From positions 2,464,001 through 2,528,000 of the forward strand of contig OZ223236.1 in assembly GCA_965140445.1 (NCBI GenBank): a DNA stretch of 64,000 nt, in the 5' to 3' direction. The notes below the pieces were generated by a model. It searched no databases, had not been told where the DNA came from, and worked only from the letters and a program-made list of their open reading frames with translations. Source of the stretch: Candidatus Ozemobacteraceae bacterium (GTDB lineage: Bacteria > Muiribacteriota > Ozemobacteria > Ozemobacterales > Ozemobacteraceae). The position numbers and the translations under genes were made by a program. This document shows positions 20,471 through 29,659 of the stretch, in pieces. The stretch's first letter is position 1; each line of letters opens with the position of its first letter.

Positions 20471-20635
20471 ATGCTCAAAGAATTGACAATGGCGATTCTG
20501 CTTACGATTATTTTTTCAGTTGGGGTTGGTGTTCTTTTTGTGAGAACGATAATTCAAATGGTTGAACTGCTGATCAACGGCGAGTTGGATAAAAAAAATC
20601 CTGCAACCGAATCTAGCTCAAAGAAACAGGTTTAA
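20471..20635 (+). CDS. Small 54-aa single-TM protein (below the ORF-track cutoff)
   Basis: GGAG 7 nt upstream of ATG; MLKELTMAILLTIIFSVGVGVLFVRTIIQMVELLINGELDKKNPATESSSKKQV*. Confidence 0.6.
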   Translation: MLKELTMAILLTIIFSVGVGVLFVRTIIQMVELLINGELDKKNPATESSSKKQV

Positions 20636-21279
20636 TTTCTAAGAACCCCATGAATTGAACAATGAAAAAATCTTCTTCCATCTTTATAAATAATTGAATA
20701 TTTGCCACCTTTTGGACAAATGGGCATTTCTTTCAAAGCCCCCATTTTTATAAGCTTTTCCGGAAGAAATTTTGTCATTTTTTTCTTTTCTCTTCGATCA
20801 TGAAACATTACGGCCAATATCAGTGAACGCATTCTGGCGAAACATTTTAGCCTACTGTCTTTATTTGCTTCTTCAAGCTTTTTCAATACTTTGCGATAGT
20901 CTCTTTGGGTATTGTTATACTCATAAAAAAAGCTTTTCTGCTTTTTGACATCAATTGAAGAAGTGTCCGTTTCATTTATTCGTTTAATTAGCTCAAGATA
21001 TGACTGTTGATACATTTCTTGAGCTTCTTTAAATTTTAAACGCTCAAAAATAGTCTTTTCGCTGTCTGGGTCATCGTTTTCCGGAATTGAAATTGCCCCA
21101 ATGGGGAACACTCTGGGCTGATATCTTGGTGTTTTTTTTGTTATATAGCTGAAAGCGAACGCAAAAACGGCCAGAAGAACCAAAAGGACTCCAAGCCCAA
21201 AGAAAATTTGACCTGAAAAAGTATCTGACTGTTTCACTTTCAAGAAAATCATCATAATATTTGAGAGCCCTTCTGTCAA
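20632..21279 (-). CDS. Membrane-anchored protein with C-terminal pseudopilin/ComGC-like Cys motif
   Basis: TTG start with GGAGG RBS; N-terminal TM; coiled coil; C…MPICPKGGKY…CSIHG. Confidence 0.6.
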   Translation of the reverse strand: MTEGLSNIMMIFLKVKQSDTFSGQIFFGLGVLLVLLAVFAFAFSYITKKTPRYQPRVFPIGAISIPENDDPDSEKTIFERLKFKEAQEMYQQSYLELIKRINETDTSSIDVKKQKSFFYEYNNTQRDYRKVLKKLEEANKDSRLKCFARMRSLILAVMFHDRREKKKMTKFLPEKLIKMGALKEMPICPKGGKYSIIYKDGRRFFHCSIHGVLRN

Positions 21280-21367
21280 TCAATACGCCTCCCTTCATAA
21301 AAAGTTTGTCCAGTCTTAGTCTGTGTGATATACTTCGATCAGCTCTAACTCTCGGAGGGGATGTATC

Positions 21368-22546
21368 ATGTCTGAAGATTCCAAAAAGACCGTATTTAGG
21401 CGGGTAGTAGTGCCTGAAGCTGCAAAAAAGAAATTTCTTGTGGGAAATACACCGCCATACCTTGGAAAGCCGTTTGAGCTTCCTATTGGTGAAGAATTTA
21501 CTATTGGTCGAGAAGAAGGAAGAACTCTTCAGCTGGCAAGCGATATGGTTTCCAGGTTGCATGCCACCATAAAAATTGAAGATGGAAAATGTTTGCTAAA
21601 TGACAATGAAAGCTCCAACGGAACTTTCCTGAATAGCGAACAGATGCCGCCACTTACTCCTGTTTCTCTATCGCATAGAGACATTATTAAATTTGACACT
21701 TTTGAATTTATTTTTGTTGATACTGCAATAGGTGATTTGTGGCAAACTCTGAAGCCTCTTTCACGAGAAGGTTCTCAGATTATATCTTTTTATTCACCTA
21801 AAGGCGGAACTGGCATTAGTTCAATCGTTGTTAATCTGGCTAGTCTCCTTGCATCGAAATCCGAGAAAAAAGTTGTTGTTGTGGATCTTGATCTGCGTTT
21901 CGGCGACATTGTTACCTTTTTAGTAGGCAAAGCCGGGGCAACAATCTCCGAGTTAATTCAGGAACAGGAAATAACTCCAGATAATATTCAGAAATATATC
22001 CATAAAGGACCAGGTTTTGACTATATTCAGGCACCAAGAAAAACTGAATTAGCTGAGTTGGTTCACGCAGAGCATGTTAAAACTATTTTGTGGAGTCTCC
22101 AAAATAAATATGATTTTGTTTTGGTTGATCTAAAAAGCGAAATAGATGACATTTCTATTACAGCGTGGGAGTTGTCCAACTTAGTCTATGTGGTTTCAAA
22201 TCCTGAAATTGGTCACCTACTGGCCAGTAGAAAAATTATAGAAATCATGAATAAGTTCAAGTTTCCTGAAAGCAAGGTAAAAATACTTGTTAATAAAATG
22301 GGACGGCCGGGCACTATTGGTAACGAAGAAATTCAAACCCTTCTAAAAAGAGAAGTTATGACTCTTCCATATGCTCCTGACGATGCTATCCTTACTTCCA
22401 CCGGAGGGAAACTTCTAGTCAAAGAGCACCCAAGTTGTGCTTTAGCTAATGGACTTACAAATTTGCAAAAATCCATTGTTGGCGAAGAAGTTCTACAAGA
22501 AGAGGGTGGAGTCTTTTCCAAGCTTAAATCTATATTGGGGTTCTAG
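21368..22546 (+). CDS. FHA domain + MinD/CpaE(TadZ)-like ATPase
   Basis: FHA IGR…VSRLHA…SSNGTFLN; SPKGGTGISS, VDLDLRFGD, YDFVLVD; amphipathic C-tail VFSKLKSILGF. Confidence 0.85.
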   Translation: MSEDSKKTVFRRVVVPEAAKKKFLVGNTPPYLGKPFELPIGEEFTIGREEGRTLQLASDMVSRLHATIKIEDGKCLLNDNESSNGTFLNSEQMPPLTPVSLSHRDIIKFDTFEFIFVDTAIGDLWQTLKPLSREGSQIISFYSPKGGTGISSIVVNLASLLASKSEKKVVVVDLDLRFGDIVTFLVGKAGATISELIQEQEITPDNIQKYIHKGPGFDYIQAPRKTELAELVHAEHVKTILWSLQNKYDFVLVDLKSEIDDISITAWELSNLVYVVSNPEIGHLLASRKIIEIMNKFKFPESKVKILVNKMGRPGTIGNEEIQTLLKREVMTLPYAPDDAILTSTGGKLLVKEHPSCALANGLTNLQKSIVGEEVLQEEGGVFSKLKSILGF

Positions 22547-22549
22547 GTA

Positions 22550-24355
22550 TTGGCTGATTATTCTGAAAAAAGAGCCGGGAACTACACCATTGGCAAAAAG
22601 CTTGGCGATGGTGGGTTTGCAACGGTTTATCTTGCTCAGCACACAATTCTTGAAAAAAAGGCGGCTGTTAAGTTCCTTTTAGAGGATTGGGTGGATGAGC
22701 AAGACGTGGTAAATCGCTTTTTTGATGAAGCGAGAACCATGGAAAGGCTCAAGGATCATGACAATATTGTCAAAATTCTTGATATTTCAACTGTGGAAAA
22801 ATGTTCAGAAGAGGGCTTGCCCCCATATTTTATTATGGAATATGTCGAAGGTAAATCATTAGAAGAATATATCAAGGAAGATGAAGGATTTACTCTTGAA
22901 GACATCGCAAAAATAACCACCTGCGCATTGTCTGCTCTCCAGCATTGCCATGACCGTGGAGTTGTCCACAGAGACATTAAGCCAAGTAATATTATGATCA
23001 CCAGTTCTGGTGAAGTTAAGTTGACTGACTTTGGAATTGCAAAAGCAAGGATTAATACCAGTAAAACGGGCGAAGGGTTGACCTTGGGGTCTACAGATTA
23101 TATGTCTCCAGAGCAGGCGCTTGGTAAAAAAGATTTAGATCACCGTTCTGATATTTATTCGCTTGGAGTCACGCTTTACCAGATGGTTTGTGACCGACTC
23201 CCTTTTATTGGTGATTCTCCTAATGAGGTTGCCCTGAAACATATACAGGAAAAACTCGTTTCTCCAATGGAAATAAATGATGCAGTCCCAAAAAGGCTAA
23301 ATGACATTATTGTAAAAGCAATGGAGAAAGAGAAGGAGCATCGATTTCAATCATGCGATGAGATGATTAAAGCAATAAAAAATCTTGATGGCCCGGAACC
23401 AGAAATTGAAGCTGATATTAATGCGGTTGATCTTACTCAGTTTGACAACGATGAAACCGGACAGTTTCTGGTAAGTGATATTGATGATGCATCACATTCT
23501 CACGCCACGACAAGGAAATTTATTGCCAAACCGCCTCCAGCTCTAATTCATACCATAAGGATTCTGTTAATTATCTTTGCTTTTACGGGATTATTTCTGG
23601 GTGCGTTTAAGTTATATAATGTTTTAGTGACCGCCCAGGTCACTGTGATTTCAGAGCCACCAGGGGCTTTAATAACTTTGAATGGTGAGCAGGTCGGAAC
23701 TGCTCCTGTTGTTTTACCATTGCCACCAATGGGTTACAGAGTTACTTTATCGAACGAAGGATATGAAGATACAACTGTATATTATGATATTAAGCCCAGA
23801 GAAACTCGTCAAATAAGGCGAACTCTAAAAAAAATAGATGTGAGTTATTCCGATGAATTTGCTTCTTTAAAAGAGTCGATTGGTCGCGCAATGAATCGCG
23901 TGCCTAATTCTGCGCCAAAAACAAAAAAAGAACTTGCGAAACTAAATGAGTTAAAAGCAAATGAGCAAAAAGAGTGGGGAAAACTATTCGCTCTCCTGGA
24001 CAAGTATTCGCAATTTGAAGAGCTTCACGAGGATTTCGTAAACTATTGCCAGGAGAATAAAATCTTGGATAAGGCAGCAGGTTACTACAAATCAAGATAT
24101 GAAAAAAAAACAACAGCTCTGTTTTATACCTTTGCCGGCATTGTCTATGAGAAAGAGGGAAATAGGAAAAAGGCCCTTGATTTGTTCATGTTAGCCTGGA
24201 CTGTTGATAACAATGACAGGTTTCTTTTAAATACACTTGGCGATTACTTTTCAAGGGGTAAAGATAAACAAAAAGCAATACAATATTATAAAATGTCTTT
24301 GTTTTTGTATCCAGAGCAGAAAGAAATTAAAGAAAAGATTCTTCAAATAAAGTAG
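22550..24355 (+). CDS. Membrane Hanks-type Ser/Thr kinase with PEGA and TPR extracytoplasmic domains
   Basis: LGDGGFATVY, AVK, HRDIKPSN, DFG, YMSPEQ; TM; SEPPGA (PEGA); C-terminal TPRs. Confidence 0.93.
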   Translation: MADYSEKRAGNYTIGKKLGDGGFATVYLAQHTILEKKAAVKFLLEDWVDEQDVVNRFFDEARTMERLKDHDNIVKILDISTVEKCSEEGLPPYFIMEYVEGKSLEEYIKEDEGFTLEDIAKITTCALSALQHCHDRGVVHRDIKPSNIMITSSGEVKLTDFGIAKARINTSKTGEGLTLGSTDYMSPEQALGKKDLDHRSDIYSLGVTLYQMVCDRLPFIGDSPNEVALKHIQEKLVSPMEINDAVPKRLNDIIVKAMEKEKEHRFQSCDEMIKAIKNLDGPEPEIEADINAVDLTQFDNDETGQFLVSDIDDASHSHATTRKFIAKPPPALIHTIRILLIIFAFTGLFLGAFKLYNVLVTAQVTVISEPPGALITLNGEQVGTAPVVLPLPPMGYRVTLSNEGYEDTTVYYDIKPRETRQIRRTLKKIDVSYSDEFASLKESIGRAMNRVPNSAPKTKKELAKLNELKANEQKEWGKLFALLDKYSQFEELHEDFVNYCQENKILDKAAGYYKSRYEKKTTALFYTFAGIVYEKEGNRKKALDLFMLAWTVDNNDRFLLNTLGDYFSRGKDKQKAIQYYKMSLFLYPEQKEIKEKILQIK

Positions 24356-24364
24356 GGGGCAGCC

Positions 24365-25126
24365 GTGCGTTATAGCGTTTTTGGTGATACGCATGTTGGA
24401 AAAGTTAGAGATCATAATGAAGATGCCTTTTTTGTATCAGAAGAGGGTGGTTTTTTCATTGTATCTGACGGAATGGGGGGCCTAAAAGCGGGAGAAGTTG
24501 CTTCTGCAATTACCCGTGATGTTGTTTCGGAAGCTTTAACTAATGAGGAAATTGCTAATCTTGAAGTTGCTATAAAAGAGGCTTTTTCAAAAGCTAATGA
24601 AAAGGTAATTCAGTATTCAGAAGAAAATCAAAGTATGAAAGGGATGGGTTGCACCTGTGTTGCCCTGGCTCTTAAAGACAATGAATTCTATCTTGGTCAT
24701 GTAGGTGATAGTAGAGCGTATCTCTACAGAAAGGGAATACTAAAACAAATTACCCGGGACCATTCATATGTTGAAGAGCTTTTCTCAAGAGGTTTAATAA
24801 AAGAAGAAGAGAAAAAAGACCATCCATATAAAAATTCCATTACCAGGTATATTGGATCAAAAGATAAATTATCTGTTGATGTAATATCTGGTCCAATATC
24901 AAATGATGATATTTTTATTCTCTGCTCGGACGGTTTGACCGGTGAGGTCGACGATAAAGGAATAGAGACTATTTTAAAAACAAATTCCGAAACCGAAAAA
25001 ATCTCGAAAGCTCTTATAGAAAAAGCCCTCGAGAATGGTGGTGGAGATAATATTACTGTTGTTGTTGTAAAAATTATCCGAAAAAAACCAGGTTTTTTTA
25101 AGCAGATGTTTGGCTGGGATATCTAG
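24365..25126 (+). CDS. PP2C-family (Stp1/PrpC) Ser/Thr phosphatase
   Basis: RDHNED, SDGMGG, GHVGDSRAY, TRDHS, LCSDGL, GGDNIT. Confidence 0.95.
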   Translation: MRYSVFGDTHVGKVRDHNEDAFFVSEEGGFFIVSDGMGGLKAGEVASAITRDVVSEALTNEEIANLEVAIKEAFSKANEKVIQYSEENQSMKGMGCTCVALALKDNEFYLGHVGDSRAYLYRKGILKQITRDHSYVEELFSRGLIKEEEKKDHPYKNSITRYIGSKDKLSVDVISGPISNDDIFILCSDGLTGEVDDKGIETILKTNSETEKISKALIEKALENGGGDNITVVVVKIIRKKPGFFKQMFGWDI

Positions 25127-26341
25127 TTATATTCCAAACACCTCTTTTAGCAGCGAAAACATATTCCAGGTGCCTTTTTCAAGCTCTTCACCTGTTAGGC
25201 GTCCACATAGTTTTTTCATTGCCATAAGAATTGCTGTTCCATCACTTTGTTTTGAGAGAACAAAAGGTGTTCCCTGGTTGACTGAAGGAACTACAACGTT
25301 TCCTTCACTTGGGATAAAGTGACTGATTGCATATCTTAATGACTTTTCTACTTTAGATGGCTCTAACCCCATAGTTTTAAAAGCTCTATTTAAAACAACT
25401 TTGATTTTATCTTTTGGAACTTTTAATCGCATTAAAAGATCCAGCAACAGTTTGGTATTTTTAATAAAGGTCAGTTCCATGGTCATCATCAGCATTAATA
25501 GATCTGTAGAATCAATAATTGCCAATTCTAAGTCTGTAAGCTGGTTGTGTGTATCAACAATGATAAAATCATAGTGATTCTTTAAAATCTCAATAACTTT
25601 TTGAACAAAATCAGGGCGAATTGTTTCTGCAAGTTCAGGAATTGGAGGGGGTAAAAGAACTTTTAAACCAGAGCTATGGGAAGTTAATTCCTTTTCAATG
25701 TGAGAAATTTTTAACGGATTCCTGGCTTTGGTTAGGTTGTGTATGTGCTTATCTGCGTTTAAACCAAGCAAAATAGCCTGATCCCCAAAAGCAAGATTTA
25801 GGTCAAGTAAAACGACCTTTTTTTTCCAAAACTTAGCAAGCATAACTGCAACGTTGGCAGAAATTACAGATTTTCCTGCTCCGCCTTTCACGTTAAAAAA
25901 AGTTACAACTTTGCCAAATTGACTTTTTGACAGACCTTCTTCCAGCAACATTGGTGCACGGCGTGAATATGTGTCACGGCTTTCTTTTGCAAAACCTGGA
26001 TAAAGACCGATCAGTCGGAGATAAAAGTCTTTAGGAATAAAAATTAAATGAAATTCCTGATAGCCAATTAGGGTCGCAAGAGATGCTGTACCATTTAATA
26101 TTTCAACTTCTCCATAGGTGTCGCCCGGGTCTAGTGTTAAAAGGGTTTCACGTCTCTCACCATAGGTTTTTATTACAGAAACCTGCCCTTCAACAACCAT
26201 TATCATTTCATTAAAAGGCTCTTTTTCTTGAACAATTTTTGTTCCAGAGGTGTAACGTTGAAATCTGCAAATTCGTTTGAGTTTTTCCAACTCTCTTGTT
26301 GGCAATGTACTAAAGAATGAAAATGTTTTTAGATCTATCAT
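25127..26341 (-). CDS. cNMP-binding-like domain + MinD/CpaE-like ATPase
   Basis: N-terminal Crp-type β-barrel (G.V.V…PGDTYGE); NVKGGAGKS, DLNLAFGD, YDFIIVDT; amphipathic C-tail MFSLLKEVFGI. Confidence 0.85.
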   Translation of the reverse strand: MIDLKTFSFFSTLPTRELEKLKRICRFQRYTSGTKIVQEKEPFNEMIMVVEGQVSVIKTYGERRETLLTLDPGDTYGEVEILNGTASLATLIGYQEFHLIFIPKDFYLRLIGLYPGFAKESRDTYSRRAPMLLEEGLSKSQFGKVVTFFNVKGGAGKSVISANVAVMLAKFWKKKVVLLDLNLAFGDQAILLGLNADKHIHNLTKARNPLKISHIEKELTSHSSGLKVLLPPPIPELAETIRPDFVQKVIEILKNHYDFIIVDTHNQLTDLELAIIDSTDLLMLMMTMELTFIKNTKLLLDLLMRLKVPKDKIKVVLNRAFKTMGLEPSKVEKSLRYAISHFIPSEGNVVVPSVNQGTPFVLSKQSDGTAILMAMKKLCGRLTGEELEKGTWNMFSLLKEVFGI

Positions 26342-26580
26342 AAAATCCTGACTCTTTGTTTCTGTTGAATTTAGGCAAATAATCTCTTTACCTCAAGAAA
26401 TAACATTTTTTAAAAACAAAATAAACTTTTTCAGAATTTTCTAGTAATATAAATAGAGTAAAGAAAGCATTTGCTATTTTTAGGAGTTTCGAAAATCCTA
26501 AATGACAAAATAAATTTTTGCCATTACAGAATAGCTTTTGAATCGTATATAAAGCGAATAGATTAATTAGGGGGAGAATA

Positions 26581-27834
26581 ATGAAGTATACAGCAAAAAT
26601 CCTGTGGTTAGCTCTTGTTGCCATTGTTTGTTTAAGTGGGGCTAGTTTTGCAGGAAATAACCCTTTTTCAGGGACGGTTGTAAGTATTCCTGATGCAGTT
26701 TACACTCCAGCAACCACTAATCAGCTTCCGCCAGTAGTGGAAGGAAAACCTGAAGAAGCAACTGTTGTTGTGGAAGATTCTTTGAACGTAAGAACTTCTC
26801 CCTGGGGCGATGTAGTAGGGGTTATCAAGAATGGAGACAAAGTTAATATCATCGGGCAAAACGGAGATTGGTACAAAATTTCTGTCGATGGTAAAACTTC
26901 CTATGTTCATTCCTCTTGCATAAAAAGAGAAGGAGAAGGTGAAAAAACTTTCCCCAAACTTGGTTGGGTAAATGCTCCTCTTGGTTTGAATGTTAGAAGA
27001 GTTCCGGATGGAGACGTTGTTGGCTCCCTAAAAGATCAAATGCAGGTTCGAATTCTCGGAGTCTCTGGAAACTACTATAAAATCAAATGGGGCGATAACA
27101 ACGAAGCCTTCATTAATAAGCATTATGTTGATTCTGACCAGCCTGAAGCACCTAGTTCCGCTGATGAAGTAAATTTTGTTGGTAAAATCACAGCCCAATC
27201 AGGGTTGAATGTCAGAACTGCTCCTTGGGGCGCAATTGATACAGCTCTTCCTTATGGAATTTCAGTTAAGGTTACCGGAAAAATTGATGACTGGTATCGT
27301 ATTGATTACAACGGAAAAGTTCGTTATGTCCATTCTAATTGGATTGCAAAAGAAGGTGAAGAACCTTCTACACAAGGAACAACTACTGCAGGTCCAGTTG
27401 CTTCTGCTGCCGGTGGATCACTTCAGTCTAATATTGTCAGATCCGCAAGGGCGCTGGTTGGAAGCACTAATTTCCGAGGATCTGATGTCGCAGGAGGAAG
27501 ATTGGCCTGTGCAAAGGTTGTAACAACTGCTTTAAAAAATGCTGGAGCATTGGATAAAGTTCATTTGAATTGTAGATCAACAATTTCAGACTTGAGATCA
27601 CATGGGTGGCAGGAAGTAAATGTTCCGCCTTTCCAGGAAGGCGATGTAATCACCTGGAAAACCTATGATTATACCGGCGATGGTGTTAAGGATGATGACA
27701 CCCATATCGGAATCATTTGTAAAGAGGGAAATAGCTTCAAAGCTATGAATAATTCATCTCGCTTACGAATGCCAAGAATGATGGATCCATTCGCTATTCA
27801 ACCAGTTTCCAGAGTAATGCGAAAGGTAGCGTGA
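26581..27834 (+). CDS. Secreted 3xSH3b + NlpC/P60/CHAP-like cell-wall peptidase/amidase
   Basis: Signal peptide; LNVRTSPWG, LNVRRVPDG, LNVRTAPWG repeats; LACAKVV…GDVITW…THIGI…NNSS. Confidence 0.75.
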   Translation: MKYTAKILWLALVAIVCLSGASFAGNNPFSGTVVSIPDAVYTPATTNQLPPVVEGKPEEATVVVEDSLNVRTSPWGDVVGVIKNGDKVNIIGQNGDWYKISVDGKTSYVHSSCIKREGEGEKTFPKLGWVNAPLGLNVRRVPDGDVVGSLKDQMQVRILGVSGNYYKIKWGDNNEAFINKHYVDSDQPEAPSSADEVNFVGKITAQSGLNVRTAPWGAIDTALPYGISVKVTGKIDDWYRIDYNGKVRYVHSNWIAKEGEEPSTQGTTTAGPVASAAGGSLQSNIVRSARALVGSTNFRGSDVAGGRLACAKVVTTALKNAGALDKVHLNCRSTISDLRSHGWQEVNVPPFQEGDVITWKTYDYTGDGVKDDDTHIGIICKEGNSFKAMNNSSRLRMPRMMDPFAIQPVSRVMRKVA

Positions 27835-27840
27835 ATTTAA

Positions 27841-28815
27841 ATGAAGCTGAGATTCACACTACTAGTTGCTTTAATGCTTGTTATTGGATCTAACATTTTG
27901 CTTGCACAATCTAATGAAAGCTGGAAGCTTAATTTCGGTAAAAAAGCAGATCAAATCGGCTATTACAATGAAAAAAGTGCTAAGAATTTTGCTGAAGATG
28001 CTGCTTTCGGACCAATGTCCTTTAGGATCAACAAGGGGTTTCTTTGGTTGCTGGATTCAATTCGAGGAAGACTTCTTTGTTTTAACCAAAAAAATGTAAT
28101 GGTTAAAGAAATTTCAGTTCCAGGTTTACCTAAGAATTCTGTTTTGGAAGACTTTGCTTTTGAAACTGGCAAAACAGAGCGCTTTGAGGCTTTCTGGGTT
28201 GCTGAAGCTGCGGAAGGAACTATTAGAAAGGTTTCTCTTCCAAGTGGTAAAGAAATGGCAAGAATTGGTGGCCTTGGTAATGAGCCTGGAAAGTTTATTC
28301 AAATTCATCAGGTTGAAACTGATTTAACTGGAAGGCTTTACGTTGGAGATTATGGAAGAAGTAAAATCTGTGTTTTCACTCCATACGGAAAACTTGTAAG
28401 AGAAATGGATTGGCAAATGACTGATTTTGCCTTGGATAGAAAGAATCGATTATACAATCTTCATTACTTGCCAGACTCTGGATATTATTTGCAGGTTTTT
28501 TCCCCAGAAGGAACCCTTTTGAAAAACACTCATTTAGGCTTTAAAGATCTTCAAAATGCAAGAATCCTCAAGGCGGAAGAAAATGGTGGTGTTAAAATCT
28601 GCTTTATCCCTGCCACCGGCTTCAAGGGAACCTTAAAGCTCATTGAAGTTAACAACTTTGGAGCTACTATTAGACAACAAGAGTTTGTACCGCCAAAAGC
28701 AATGAATAGATTCATATTTGATGATTCCCAAGCTATTTGGCTTGCTGCAGCTGATTTCTATGCGGCCCCAAATGGAAAATTTGAAATAAAGAAAATTGGT
28801 TGGGGTGGATATTAA
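27841..28815 (+). CDS. Exported NHL/β-propeller-like protein
   Basis: Signal peptide; GPMSF, IGGLGNEPGKF, GRLYVGDYG. Confidence 0.6.
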   Translation: MKLRFTLLVALMLVIGSNILLAQSNESWKLNFGKKADQIGYYNEKSAKNFAEDAAFGPMSFRINKGFLWLLDSIRGRLLCFNQKNVMVKEISVPGLPKNSVLEDFAFETGKTERFEAFWVAEAAEGTIRKVSLPSGKEMARIGGLGNEPGKFIQIHQVETDLTGRLYVGDYGRSKICVFTPYGKLVREMDWQMTDFALDRKNRLYNLHYLPDSGYYLQVFSPEGTLLKNTHLGFKDLQNARILKAEENGGVKICFIPATGFKGTLKLIEVNNFGATIRQQEFVPPKAMNRFIFDDSQAIWLAAADFYAAPNGKFEIKKIGWGGY

Positions 28816-29654
28816 TGCAAGTTTTGAAAAGTAGAATTTGGATACTGGGTTTAGTTTGTTTTTTGAGCTGCATTCAGGGAGCTGCTTTTTCTCAGATTGT
28901 TGTAGAAAAAGAGCAGGTTCTTGTTTTACCTGATGAGATTGCCTCTGGATTACTTGGTATAAGAGCTGTTGATGATTCGGTTTTTATTGCAAGTGAGAAT
29001 GGAAAGTATATCAAATATGAGATTTCAACAGGTGAAAGACTGAACGGAGTTATGCCTGTTAAAAAGGTGACTGATTTTGATGTGATATTGGGCCAGGTTA
29101 TCTATCTTGATACTACAGGCAGATTGGGAGGAAAGATCCGCCCTGAATGGCCGACTAGATTTTCTGCGGCCAGAATTGAATCGACAAATGAAGGGGTTTT
29201 ACTCACTGGAGCTCAAAAGTCCTTCTTTCTTGAGAAGAACGCTACCGGGGCTGTGGAGCTTTCTGGTTCTTTTATTATGAAGCCAGTTAATAATGGTTTT
29301 ATATGGAGATTAGAAGTCTTGGCAAAAACTGGACGTTGGGCAATTGTGCTTTATGATTGCTATGGCAATTTACTTAAGGAAATTTATGAATTTTCTTCTG
29401 ATTTTAATCCTACTGGACTTGAAATTGGACCAGTTGGTTTCGAAGGTGAAGTTTTGATCTCATTCCATAATGGATCGCAAAGAGAGCTTGCTCTTATTGG
29501 GCAAAATGGGCATATGGTATGGCGATTGAACGCTTCACCAAAATTAGCATTGAGAGATGTGGCTTTTGACAGTAAAGGGAAACTCCTTGTCCTTGAAAAA
29601 GAAGGTAAAGAGGTTGTCTTAAACCGATGGAATTTTAAAATTCCTCAAGGCTAA
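28815..29654 (+). CDS. Exported hypothetical β-rich protein
   Basis: TAATG coupling with the upstream stop; signal peptide; β-propeller-like composition. Confidence 0.6.
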   Translation: MQVLKSRIWILGLVCFLSCIQGAAFSQIVVEKEQVLVLPDEIASGLLGIRAVDDSVFIASENGKYIKYEISTGERLNGVMPVKKVTDFDVILGQVIYLDTTGRLGGKIRPEWPTRFSAARIESTNEGVLLTGAQKSFFLEKNATGAVELSGSFIMKPVNNGFIWRLEVLAKTGRWAIVLYDCYGNLLKEIYEFSSDFNPTGLEIGPVGFEGEVLISFHNGSQRELALIGQNGHMVWRLNASPKLALRDVAFDSKGKLLVLEKEGKEVVLNRWNFKIPQG

Positions 29655-29659
29655 TTAGT

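Noticed and set aside
21071..21562. 163-aa minus-strand ORF and the many other short overlapping ORFs in the track
   Set aside because: They overlap well-supported genes on the other strand or frame and show no recognisable motifs.
21368..26341. Canonical minCDE, parAB or tad locus
   Set aside because: No minC/minE, parB or tadA/B/C/flp nearby, and both ATPases have extra sensor domains.
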